Shown here one piece after another: positions 1-10,654 of a stretch of 64,000 bases of DNA. Both the position numbers and the translations under genes were made by a program. The notes beneath the pieces are model-generated. The model was not told the DNA's origin, made no database searches, and worked only from the letters and a program-made list of their open reading frames with translations. Source of the stretch: Podarcis cretensis (taxonomy: Eukaryota); the NCBI GenBank assembly GCA_951804945.1, contig OX638160.1, forward strand, positions 18,166,001 through 18,230,000, written 5' to 3'. The number at the start of each line of letters is the position of its first letter. The stretch's first letter is position 1.

Positions 1-25
1 GACACCGGAGCAATTGACACCAATA

Positions 26-410
26 CAGTGGTACCTCTGGTTACAAATTTAATTCGTTCCAGAGGTCCATTCTTAACCTGAAACCGTTCTTAACCTGAGG
101 TACCACTTTAGCTAATGGGGCCTCCCGCTGCCACCGCATGATTTATGTTCTCACCCTGAGGTAAAGTTCTTAACATAAGGTACTACTTCCGGGTAGGCGG
201 AGTCAGTGGCGTAGCATGGGGGGTGCGGGGGGGGGGGGCCGGCCGCACCGGGCGCAACATCTGGGGGTTAGGGAAATCCACGGGTTAGGGGGCACAAATC
301 CATGGGTTAGGGGGCGCAAATTACTTGCCTTGCCCCGGGTGCTGATAACCCACGCTACGCCACTGGGCGGAGTCTGTAACCCAAAGTGTTTGTAACCCGA
401 GGTACCACTG
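26..410. mobile_element. Tc1/mariner (Tigger-like) MITE, interrupted by a nested hAT MITE
   Basis: TIRs CAGTGGTACCTC...GAGGTACCACTG flanked by TA (24-25, 411-412); same family at 46727-46959 and 47156-47397. Confidence 0.85.
204..365. mobile_element. Non-autonomous hAT element nested in the Tigger-like MITE
   Basis: 12-bp TIR CAGTGGCGTAGC/GCTACGCCACTG; perfect 8-bp TSD GGCGGAGT (196-203, 366-373). Confidence 0.9.
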
Positions 411-621
411 TAGCAGAGAAAAGTGATGGATTAGTGTCAGCTTAAAACTATAAAAGACGCCAGGACAGCAGAATCAGCCCAAGCAGTATGCTACAATAAT
501 GTAAGGGCCATGCTTTATTTACTTGAATTGTGTGAGTGTGCCAGAAATCATAGAATCATAGAGGTTTTGGCTTTCTTATAAACTGGGTCCATTTGGATTA
601 TCATAGTATAAAAAGCCATTT

Positions 622-808
622 CTGTGTGCTCTGGCTTCCGTCACGGTGTTCTGTTGTGCCAGAAGTGGTTTAGTCTTGCTGGCCACATGACCTGGAAAGC
701 TGTCTGCAGACAAACGCGGGCTCCCTCGGCCTGAAGTGAGATGAGCGCTGCACCCCATAGTCACCTTTGACTGGACTTAACCATCCAAGGGTCCTTTACC
801 TTACCTTT
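622..808 (+). mobile_element. Sauria SINE, 3' fragment
   Basis: Matches the 3' half of the full copies in the window; ends in a degenerate (ACCTTT)n tail; boundaries approximate. Confidence 0.8.
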
Positions 809-1259
809 TTGCCTAGTATAAATAGATTGGAATTAGATTTAGGCTGCAATCCTAACCCCATTTACCAGGAAATAAGCAACCCCTCCATTTCAACAGGGTT
901 TACACTTGAGCATACAAGTTTTAGTAGTATATCTCTTGGGCTTCATTGTTGTCCCAATAGCAGGCCTGTTAACTGGTTTTCTGAACCATCACCCAAGCCC
1001 TGAGACTTTGGTTGTAAAAAGAGACTGCTAAGAAAATAAAAATAGATTGGACCAGTTTAGCTTGGCATACTTGTTCAAAGGAATGGGCTTTGCATAGTTA
1101 GTTAGCCAAGTAGCCATAGGAGCAAACTGGTAGAGAACTTGATTCTCCACCCAGGGGCTGGAGGTGGTGTCCTCAAGAGGTTTGTTGTGCAGTTAAAGAG
1201 AACAAAAGGGAACAATAGCCTTGAAACTGGATTTGAAAGAGGCACAGAGGCTTGATTTA

Positions 1260-1621
1260 CCGTATTTTTCGCTCTATAACACGCACCAGACCATAACACA
1301 CACACAGTTTTTAGAGGAGGAAAACAAAACAAAACAAAAATATTCTAAACGAAATAGTGGATATATGATTTTTGTGGTTCATGCTGTGGCCACAGACATG
1401 TGATCTGACAGTGAGTTTGGAGTAGTCCAATGCAAAAATCCTGAGGATCCATGCTTTGTAACCATGGAGGAGGAACCAAGGAAGGGGAACCATGGATCCT
1501 CTGCTCACGACTGCAGCAGATCCCCCCCGCCACCCGCAGGCATTCGCTCCATAACACGTACGGACATTTCCCCTTACTTTCTAGGAGGAAAAAAGTGAGT
1601 GTTGTGGTGCAAAAAATACGG
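1260..1621. mobile_element. Tc1/mariner (pogo/Tc2-like) MITE
   Basis: TIR CCGTATTTTT...AAAAATACGG with TA on both sides; internal inverted GAGGATCCATG/CATGGATCCTC. Confidence 0.8.
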
Positions 1622-3024
1622 TACTTTCTGGGAGAAAGCAAATCTATGTACTTCCAAAAAATCTGAAGAGGAACAGGATCTATTGGAGTGTTAATGCAGT
1701 GAATTTTCCGTCACAAGTTTGTGCAGAGTATGTGTATAAATAAGACTTACATCACATTAGCATTACAAGTCTCCAATTACCTTCATTCTAAGAAAAGAAA
1801 ACCCAAGGTTTTTGCTGGAAGCCCTGAAACTTTTCACTACTTAAGAGACTGGAGTGCATGTAACATATTATGTTTTGGTCTCTATCTTATATCTTGGGTT
1901 ATGTAAATAGCAGCTGTTACAATATATATGATCTTACTTTTAAAATAGCATGATTTTCTTCTTTTTGTATTTAAGAAAACAAGTTAGAGGAGATAAAATT
2001 AATAATAAAAAGATGAGTCCTTGCACTGTTAAGGACAAGAAGCTCACAATAACCCCAAGTTTGTTCAGGTACCAAAAGAGATGTCCAGATAGGTGAAAAG
2101 ATCACATCCATTTAAGGTTACAGGAAGTGTCTTTGACAAACATATGCTCAGTACATTTCAAGACGCCAGGACCAGCATGATGGCATAAGCAACCAAACTG
2201 GTACCTTTGGGTGAGAAAATGTTTTCGGAAATGCCAACAAGGAAATGAAAGGGCCCCCCATGATTCCTTGGAACATCATAGCAGATGCTGGGACACAATT
2301 TGTAGCTGAATGTGCCACGTTGGTCTGAAACAATTTTCCAGTACACACACACACAGAGGTTTTTCTTGCAGAAACTTCTGTTAAATTCATTGGTTTTAAA
2401 ATAGTCTAAAGCCAATAGCTTTATGTATCACTTAGGAGAAAGGAAAGCATTCTGTTAAACAGCTGGCACTGGGGTGAAACTACTCTAGTGTAATAACTCA
2501 GTTGGAAGTCATTCAGCCTTTGTTTCTCCTAAATCAAGGTTTTGTCTGAAGATTAGTAAATTCTGCATGTCAATCTTTTGAGAGAGAAAAATATTTTGAA
2601 GGAACTGTAGTCGTTTTCAACCTGTAACATTGGCTTGTAGAATTAGCTTCGGATACATGAAGCTAATTATTATGGGTGGTATCAGGTATTAGTCACTCAA
2701 AGCAGACTCGTTGAAATCAAGAGTTATTAATGTCATTAATTTCAGTGGACATCATGACTTATTTATTTAAAAGCATTTATATACTTTATATTTTTAAAAT
2801 CTCTTAAGCAGTGCATGATAACCATATATGGATACCACATGTCTGCAAAAAGTCTGTGTAATGCACCATATAATTCTCCTTATCCCAAAGGAAACTAGGT
2901 TATCACAGTGACCCCAAAACATGTGTCTATCTGTGTGAATGTGAATTATGTAGAGATGCAGCTGCCACCGTGATGGTGGCAGTCTTGGCTATCTGGCACC
3001 TGCAGCTATATGATATAAAGGGTT

Positions 3025-4330
3025 ACAGAATCAAAGAACTGTAGACTTTGAAGGGACCCTAAGGGTCATCTAATCCAATCCCCTGCAATGCAGGAATTGC
3101 AGCTAAAAAATCCCTGACAGCCATCCAACCTGTTTGAAAACCTCCAATGAAGGCGCCTACCACCTTCCAAGGTTCCACTGTCAAACAGCTCTGGCCATCA
3201 GAAAGTTCTTCCTAATGTTTAGTCAGAATCTCCTTTCTCATAATTAGCATCCTTTGGTTTGAGTCCTACTCTCTGGAACAGCAGAAAACAAGATTGCGTG
3301 TGACAACCCTTGAGATATTTGAAGATTATTATTTCACTTCTGTCTTCTTTTTGCCAGGTTAACATACCCAACTCCCTCAGCAATTACTCATAAGGCTTGG
3401 TTTCCAGACCCTTGATCATCTTGGTTGCCCTCTTCTGCACATGTTCCAGCTTGTGAATATCCTGTGTGGTGCCCAGAAATGGATGCAGTACTCCAGGTAG
3501 GGTCTGACCAGGTAGAATAAAGGTAAAGGTAAAGGTACCCCTGCCCGTACGGGCCAGTCTTGACAGACTCTGGGGTTGTGCGCCCATCTCACTTAAGAGG
3601 CCAGGGGCCAGCGCTGTCCGGAGACACTTCCGGGTCACGTGGCCAGCGTGACATCGCTGCTCTGGCGAGCCAGAGCCGCACACGGAAACGCCGTTTACCT
3701 TCCCGCTGGTAAGCGGTCCCTATTTATCTACTTGCACCCGGAGGTGCTTTCGAACTGCTAGGTTGGCAGGCGCTGGGACCGAGCAGCGGGAGCGCACCCC
3801 GCCGCAGGGATTCGAACCGCCGACCTTTCGATCAGCAAGTCCTAGGCGCTGAGGCTTTAACCCACAGCGCCACCTGCGTCCCTACCAGGTAGAATAGAGT
3901 AGTACTATTACTTTCCTTGTTTTGGACCCTAAACTTACGTTGATGCAGTCAAGAATTGCATGAGCCTTTTTGCTGCTACGTCTCACTTATGTTAAGCTTG
4001 TGGACTCATTAAGACACCCCAGATCCTTTTCACATGTACTGCTGTCAAGGTGTCCCCCATCCTGAATTTGTGCAGCTGGTTCTTCCTCCTTAAGTGTAGA
4101 ACCTTCTATTTGTCCATACCAAAAATCATTTAATTATTTTCCAATCTGCCTGGTTCTCCAATCTGTAAAACTCATCTTGAATCCTTGTTCTATCTTCTGT
4201 GATATTAGCTACCACTCCCAGTTTGGTGTCATCTGTAAATCTGATAAGCATCCTCTCTATTACCGTACTTTAGCCGTCATTTATAAATATGTTGTACAAC
4301 ACTGGGCCCTGGATAGATCCCTGCGGCATA
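3025..4330 (-). mobile_element. CR1 LINE 3' fragment (decayed RT C-terminus and 3' UTR), split by a Sauria SINE
   Basis: Minus-strand peptide DIHKLEHVQKRATKMIKGLETKPYE typical of CR1 ORF2; CR1-type 3' tail near 3025-3090; boundaries approximate. Confidence 0.8.
3520..3882 (-). mobile_element. Sauria SINE, full length, young subfamily
   Basis: tRNA-like head with B-box GGTTCGAATCC; (ACCTTT)n tail; 13-bp TSD ACCAGGTAGAATA (3507-3519, 3884-3896). Confidence 0.95.
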
Positions 4331-4582
4331 TTACATTTCATTAATTGGCTCCTACAAAAAAATCATGCCTAGCAAGTAAATGAGTATTTTTTTAAAAAAA
4401 GTTTGACATAAAAATTTCAACTTTGTTGCTAGTCAAATTGAGAGCATTAGATTGAATACATAAAGAAAAGCCTTCTTTCTAAATTTTAAGATCTTTATGT
4501 GCTTGGTTGTTCCTCAGGTTATCTGATCCACTAATATATGAAACACCTTCTACATACTTGCAGTGCGGAAACATATTTTAAC

Positions 4583-4620
4583 AAACCCAGCCAGATGGGC
4601 GGGGTATAAATAAATAAATA

Positions 4621-4658
<38 letters not shown>
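4583..4658 (+). repeat. L2-type 3' tail with (TAT)n microsatellite
   Basis: AACCCAGCCAGATGGGCGGGGTATAAATAAA followed by ~12 TAT units; same tail at ~9985-10092, 20290-20390, 45355-45540 and 49405-49580. Confidence 0.7.
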
Positions 4659-4663
<5 letters not shown>

Positions 4664-4674
4664 ACAATGGCTAC

Positions 4675-4718
4675 CTTATGTTAATTCTTGCATGCTGTTT
4701 TTTGCCACATTTGCTCAT
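4675..4718 (-). CDS. CREM: CREM N-terminal coding exon (MSKCGKKQHARINI-R, 44 nt, phase 2)
   Basis: Manual minus-strand translation ATG AGC AAA TGT GGC AAA AAA CAG CAT GCA AGA ATT AAC ATA AG|GTAGCC resembles the mammalian CREM N-terminus as recalled (MSKCARKKYIKTNPR / MSKCGRKKYMRTNVR); divergent from CUL2. I did not find the downstream CREM exons in 1-4674, so they presumably lie left of the window. Confidence 0.85.
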
Positions 4719-4803
4719 TATGATTGAATTTTTTTTTAAGGACTTCTTCCTTCTCCAGACCACTCTCCCTCTTAGTGAACCTTGCAGTGAAGTTATGTTC
4801 CAT

Positions 4804-4834
4804 TTATGATGTCATAACTAACTACCATAGCAAC
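4804..4834 (-). promoter_or_regulatory. CRE-like site (TGACATCA) and adjacent RFX X-box-like site upstream of the CREM exon
   Basis: TTATGATGTCATAA at 4804-4817; ACTACCATAGCAAC at 4821-4834 (minus GTTGCTATGGTAGT); ~90-115 nt upstream of the ATG. Confidence 0.5.
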
Positions 4835-7800
4835 CAACACTCACAATGTTACAATACACAAGGTTCATTAGAATATTGAACAGAAGCGCAGAAGAGGAAA
4901 AAAAGCTTTCTTTCGATCACACGCAAGAGATTTTATAAGTATTATGGAACACACTCACCCAGTGAAGAATTGGGAGGGGGGGGAGCACCTTAGCTAAAGT
5001 TCTGAATTAAAGATTTGACAAGAGTTTTGAAGACCTAATTGCGATGCAAGGAAGGCTGTGTGATCCAAGGTACCTATGCCACAATGTTCAACTCAATTTC
5101 ATACTCCACAACTGTGGTTTTCAAACTTTTGTCAGCAAGTATTTTCCATACATCAGGTAAATAATACGCATTCACTTGCCAGAGAATTTATGTCCATGGC
5201 CAGATTCTGGGATAGGTTTGTTGTAGGGCACATGCCCCATTGATTTGACATGTTTAGGAGGCTTGTTATCCCATGTAAAGTGAGAGTGCACCTCCAACAC
5301 TCCCCAGCACAAATATAGAAGGGTTTTAACACAAAGAAGAGCCTCAAACTTTGGAAACAAACCTTTATTTGGGGAGGGACACCCGCCTGGATGCAAGAAA
5401 ATACATCCTACAAAAAATCTACATAGTTTTGCACTTTATAGAATATATTCTCAGGAAACACGGAATCTTATTTCACATGCTAGAAACAAGAGTGGATCCA
5501 AATGTTTAATAATGAAAGTTGCTGAATAATTGAATAAGAATATGCAGCATTATGCTGATAATGTCTTAAAAGTACACTTTCAAAATTTTACTTTATTCCA
5601 AGTTATAGCTTTGTTTTTTGATTGTTTTTGCAAAGCCTTGTTATACTGTTACCATTAATTATTTGCAGTTAACAGTTTATGGATGTAGTTTATAAATCTT
5701 GAAGCTGGGTATTTTTTCATGTTCATGTGCAAGAGAAAGAAATTTCTCTCCATTTTTCATTGTGGCTTCAAAGACTCTGAAACCTTGCATTTCATAATTT
5801 CACACTTCAACTCGTGATGACATAAAAATCATATGTGCTTCTTCTCTGTACGTGATGGAGCTGCATCCTGGTCCAGGAAATGTTGAAGTATGAAGAAAAA
5901 ACATAGCTTCATATACTGCACAGCCTGAAATTTTCCTCACTACAGTGACTTTGACTGAAAAAAGCATGAATCTCACATTCAGCTGAAAACAAGTCCTTTT
6001 CAGGTAACTATAGTTAATACAGCATCATTTTTAGGTGACTATTTACAGAAGAACATACTAAACAGCAGTTGTTTCATTTAACATTCCAAGTTCAAAAAAG
6101 CCAAAAAAGCCATACCCATAATCCAGGTGCAATGGAGGTATAAGGTACACTAAACAGCTATGTTTCTTGTTACAATACATACATAAACATGTTCTAGAGG
6201 AAAATCCAAACCTCATTATATGACATGGTACAGTGCAATGATTCTTGAGTTATGTGTTCCCAAACACCTTTTGCTTACTGTTACATGGAACCAAGGACTA
6301 TTAAATAGCTATATCACCTCTGTCCCAGCAATAACATAAAGGGATGATCAACCTGATCACTACTGGAATTAAATGCCCATTAAGAAACTCACTAATATGT
6401 CATGTAAAACTAACCTTTCTCCTGTACCTTCCTTCCTCTGCTTCCCTTTTGTTTATACTTTTAGATTTTAAAATTAGTGCAGGGCTTGAGCTATTATTTT
6501 GATGTTCGTTTAAACACTAGAAATAACGGCAAAAAAACCCTATTCCTTGAAAGTTGTGAAACTTTCAATTCTGCTTCCTGTTTTTGTGTATAAGATTACT
6601 TTCACTGGACCAGATACTGTCTCACTTGCTCTGTTATTCTGTATAACCAACAACTAAACACTGTTATGCCTAAAGAGTATAGCTTTTGGGGGGAGGGCAG
6701 GATGAAGAGAGAAGCACTTCCTTTACTAGTTATTTTACTCCATTTAAGCAGTATTTAAAAGACACCACCCTGCAACAAATAAATTAGATATTTTTATCAA
6801 CATAATTGAAAGTCAAAGTTATTGAAGACAGCCAGGGTCTGCATGAAGGCTTTCCATATACAGACTGAAGGGAGATTATGTATGCCTAGGTTGTTTGTAA
6901 TATTACCCCTCATACAGTCCCTTTTTTCTAATTGAAGCCTAGTGTTTTCTATTTCAAGATAAAGAAAAACTGGTGGCTCCTTTGACAACTTCCTTCAGCC
7001 TTGCTGGAGAATATGGTGCCTTTGTTTCTTACATTTTCTCTACAATCTGTGGCAGGGTATGCATGGAAGACAGATGAAACAGTCAAACAAAGCAATCCTA
7101 GGCATGTTTACTCAAAAGGAAGCCCCACTGTGTTCAATGAAGAGCCAGTTATTTCATACTAACAGCCAAGCAGCTTCACAAGACTTGACCTATGAAACAT
7201 TTATAAGGGGGGGGGGGGTCTGCATTGGGTTACATCACACCAATCAGCTAAAAATACACTTTGTTTTGTAAACTATCCTCTTTCCTTCCGTACACAGAAC
7301 ATATACTGTACTCTCTTTCTTTTGCTATCAGCAAATATTGCATTTCCCGGGCTCATCCTGTTAAAATTTAAACTGTAATATGCTTTACAATCTGTGTGCT
7401 CATGCTTACCAAAAGAGTGTGACAGATCATTGCTAGGATTCCTTTCTTGCCTTCAAACTGAGGCTATTGATAACATAACTTGACCAAGGCCAGATCAGAC
7501 AGTGAGACCATAACATCGTATCTTCTGAATGATGTGTTTGCTTATTAGAGGCCAACTGCAGCCACTGGATCACAATGGAACTCTCCTTGCTTTATTTTCA
7601 AATTTTCCTTTCTCATTCTTAATTTATGTGATAAGCCCAAACCTATCACTAAGGGGAGGCCTCCCCATAACTCTGCTTTCTTATCTCCATGTGAGTTCTG
7701 ACTCCACATGCCTAATGTGTTGCTTCCTCTTTCATATCTAGCCTAAGGCAGGGCTTAACTTAAGACCCCTTTCTTTCTATTAAACTCCTCACCCTACCCT

Positions 7801-7922
7801 CAGCAGCAGCATAGTTACCAAAGAGGAAATCTCTTGAAAAAGATGGAAACACCAGAGGAGAAAAAGCACAAACTCAGGATTAAGGCTGCAATCCTAAAAC
7901 ACGTTTTACTAGGGAACAAGTT

Positions 7923-8259
7923 ACAGATAGGTAGCCGTGTTGGTCTGCCATAGTCAAAACAAAATAAAAAAATTCCTTCCAGTAGCACCTTAAAGACCAA
8001 CTAAGTTAGTTCTTGGTATGAGCTTTCGTGTGCATGCACACTTCAGATACACTGAAACAGAAGTCACCAGACCCTTCTATATAGTGAGAAGGTGGGGAGG
8101 GGTATTACTCAGAAGGGTGGTGGGATTGGGTGATTGGCAGATAGAAGGGTCTGGTGACTTCTGTTTCAGTGTATCTGAAGAAGTGTGCATGCACACGAAA
8201 GCTCATACCAAGAACTAACTTAGTTGGTCTTTAAGGTGCTACTGGAAGGAATTTTTTTA
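7923..8259. mobile_element. Penelope-like element remnant (inverted pLTR) with hammerhead-like motif
   Basis: Inverted arms 7965-8080 and 8141-8259; PLE-type end GTAGCCGTGTTGGTCTG; 19-bp flanking duplication TTTTACTAGGGAACAAGTT (7904-7922, 8255-8273). Confidence 0.8.
8171..8208 (+). ncRNA. Minimal hammerhead ribozyme-like motif (PLE type)
   Basis: GTAT-CTGAAGA-A-GTGTG CATG CACAC-GAAA-GCTC-ATAC: core CUGANGA...GAAA...UC, short stem I GTAT/ATAC, palindromic AGCT in place of stem III; activity untested. Confidence 0.6.
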
Positions 8260-8339
8260 CTAGGGAACAAGTTTGTTTTAACTCAGGAGGGCTTACTCCT
8301 GCATAAACATGTTGAAGACTATGCCTTTAGGAAGGAAAT

Positions 8340-8478
8340 ACAGAAAGCTGCCTTCTGAGTCAGGCCCATTGGTCCATCAGTATTGTCTGCACTGACTGGC
8401 AGAGGGTTCAAACGGGATTTCTCTCCCATGCCTGGAGACCCTGCGAAGCAGATGCTCTGCCCCTGAGCTGTGGCCATT
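8340..8478 (-). mobile_element. Old tRNA-derived squamate SINE (Squam2-like), decayed
   Basis: Similar to copies at ~11712-12230 (split by a Sauria SINE), ~21440-21560 and ~27773-27935 (+); family name from recall. Confidence 0.55.
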
Positions 8479-8490
8479 CCCCTACGGATA

Positions 8491-8746
8491 AAGGTAAAGG
8501 GACCCCTGACCATTAGGTTGAGTCGTGTCCGACTCTGGGGTTGCGGTGCTCATCTCGCTTTAATGGCCGAGGGAGCCGGCGTACAGCTTCCGGGTCATGT
8601 GGCCAGCATGACTAAGCCGCTTCTGGCGAACCATAGCAGTGCACGGAAACGTTGTTTACCTTCCCGCCGGAGGGATTCGAACCGCCGACCTTCTGATCAG
8701 CAAGTCCTAGCCTCTGTGGTTTAACCCACAGCGCCACACAGGTCCC
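8491..8746 (-). mobile_element. Sauria SINE with internal deletion
   Basis: Head and (ACCTTT)n tail present, middle ~100 nt missing; imperfect TSD CTACG(G)ATA. Confidence 0.9.
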
Positions 8747-8999
8747 CTACGATACTTACTGGCAAATATGCACTATAGAGGGACATAGTGGGACTTCCCC
8801 TCAAGTAACCCTGAACAGGATTGCGCTGTATTTTTAGTATTACTGTGTTCAGTGCTTTTATTCTAAAAATATATATATTTAGGGGTACTCTCATTTTCCT
8901 ACTAATACTGAAATACGGCTCCTCAATGAGGCCAAACTTAGATTCACCAAATGTCATGGGGTCTGCAGGTGAAAAAATACTGTGTTTTCTGAAACCTGC

Positions 9000-9955
9000 C
9001 ACGGTGCGTGGGACGGTGGCCACTCTGCACATGCGCAGAGGGGGGGGCAACACGGCCGGTCTCTGGCTGTCACAACGAAGCCGCGTTGATTTCGGCCTTC
9101 GTGTGTGAGGGAGAAAGCAGCCAGGCTTTGACTCAGCCTCCCTCGAGCGCCGCCGATGCTGCCCCCCCGCCCCGCCCCGCTTCTCCCGATCTTCGCCGTC
9201 CCGCCTAGCCCCTTCCGAGCTGCCTGTCAGAGCTCGCCCCGCCGCCCCAACCGCCTTCCCCTCCTCAAAACCCGGGCCGCCCCCTCCGAAGGGCCCGGCC
9301 GCCTTGCGCGCTCCCGCCTTGTCCCCGCCCCCTCTCGCGACTCACCCGAGTACGTGGCGCCCCCGTCACAGGGGAAAGTAGGTCGGGGAGGAGGGATTGG
9401 GCCGGGCGAGGCCGCGCGTCGCCCCCACGTCAGCGCTGATGCCGCTGCGCCGTCGTCACCGCGGGTGGGGAGGTGGGGGTTGCTCAGGAAATGGCGACCA
9501 TCGCCGCGCCTTTAGCCTCGCTCACCTGAGCCGGCGGCGAAAGGAAGGGGGGGGGGAGAGAGAGAGAAAGAGGGAGCGTGGGGGAAGCGGAGGGCGGGGC
9601 CACGGCCAGCGAGGGCCAGCCTGGCCCCCCCTCCCCACCGGCCAACGCCCATTGGCTACTTAGGCGGTCTAACGGCTGGAACTCGCGCCAACCGCCGAGC
9701 CGACGTTTCGGCTCACTGATTGGCTAATCGGGAACGGCGGGGGGGGGGGCGCGCGGAAATTGAGCCATGGTGATTGCGGTGTTTTTCGTGGGTGTAATAC
9801 TCCCCCGCCCCCGCTCGCAAGATGCAAAATGAATGTGGTCCCGAGGCGACCTGTCCGAAGTTTGGCCGCGCTCGCTGACTGACTAGGGATTTCAGCTCCA
9901 TTAAGCAGTAGGGATTTACTTCCGAGTAAAGTTTTACAAAGCGATACGCGGCGTG
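9000..9955 (-). promoter_or_regulatory. CREM: CpG island, likely the main CREM promoter and non-coding first exon(s)
   Basis: High GC/CpG; GC boxes; ATTGG (CCAAT) boxes at ~9652 and ~9719; minus-strand donors CAG|GTGAGC (exon end 9526) and CGG|GTGAGT (exon end 9346); three CGTCA half-CREs. Confidence 0.7.
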
Positions 9956-10109
9956 ATGATGATGATAATACTGTAACAATAATAAATATTTATACCCCGC
10001 CCATCTGGCTGTGTTTCCCCAGCCACTCTGAGCGGCTTCCAGCCAAATATTAAAATATAATAATTCAGCAACTATTAAAAGCTTCCCTAAACAGAAATGT
10101 CAAGGGCTG

Positions 10110-10595
10110 AGAGAGGTACTGCTGCGAGTTTGCAGATTTAACATATAGAATAAGAACCAGAATGTACGTTCGAAGAAGACTGGGAAATGTTTACTGAAGA
10201 TATGGGTGAAGATTGTGTTCATTTAAAAACGCTGGTAGCATTAAGATAAATTCAACAGTGTAAATAAGTTTTGATGGATATAACAATGGATTACTGAACG
10301 GTCTAGTTAATGTAAAATATGCAGGGATGTATAGTATGCAAATGAACCATGGAAAGAGAAGGGAAGTCATTGATTTTATTTTATTTTTGCCATTCATCTT
10401 TATTGGTTTCTTTAGACATACATTTGTCCTATCACATTGTAACAAATTGATTTTTCTGTAAATTAAACATACAGTTGTTTACAACAGATTACATATTTAT
10501 TTGATTCATTTGTAATCCATTTGCATTTGAGGAAGTCATTGATTTAAGGTTGTTTAAATGAATATTTTGAAATGTAAATTGGAAAAATTAATAAA
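10110..10595 (+). mobile_element. Probable L1-like LINE 3' end with a nested antisense insertion
   Basis: Decayed ORF2-end-like sequence and AT-rich 3' UTR ending AAAAATTAATAAA; insert 10377-10530 flanked by a 15-bp TSD. Confidence 0.45.
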
Positions 10596-10654
10596 GGCTA
10601 ACCCTGCAGCAGCAGGTCTCTTTATAAAGAGATCTGCTGCTGCAGGGTTAACCT
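10595..10654. repeat. 60-bp near-perfect palindrome
   Basis: AGGCTAACCCTGCAGCAGCAGGTCTCTTTA|TAAAGAGATCTGCTGCTGCAGGGTTAACCT, 28 of 30 pairs complementary. Confidence 0.9.

Noticed and set aside
3384-3683. Repeated peptide CHAGHVTRKCLRTALAPGLLSEMGAQPQS in several ORFs
   Set aside because: Translation of non-coding Sauria SINE copies, not a gene family
7819-7832. Possible 14-nt CREM micro-exon on the minus strand (TTTTTCAAG|AGATTTCCTCTTTG|GTAACT)
   Set aside because: AAG acceptor, modest donor, no homology support; cannot be distinguished from chance
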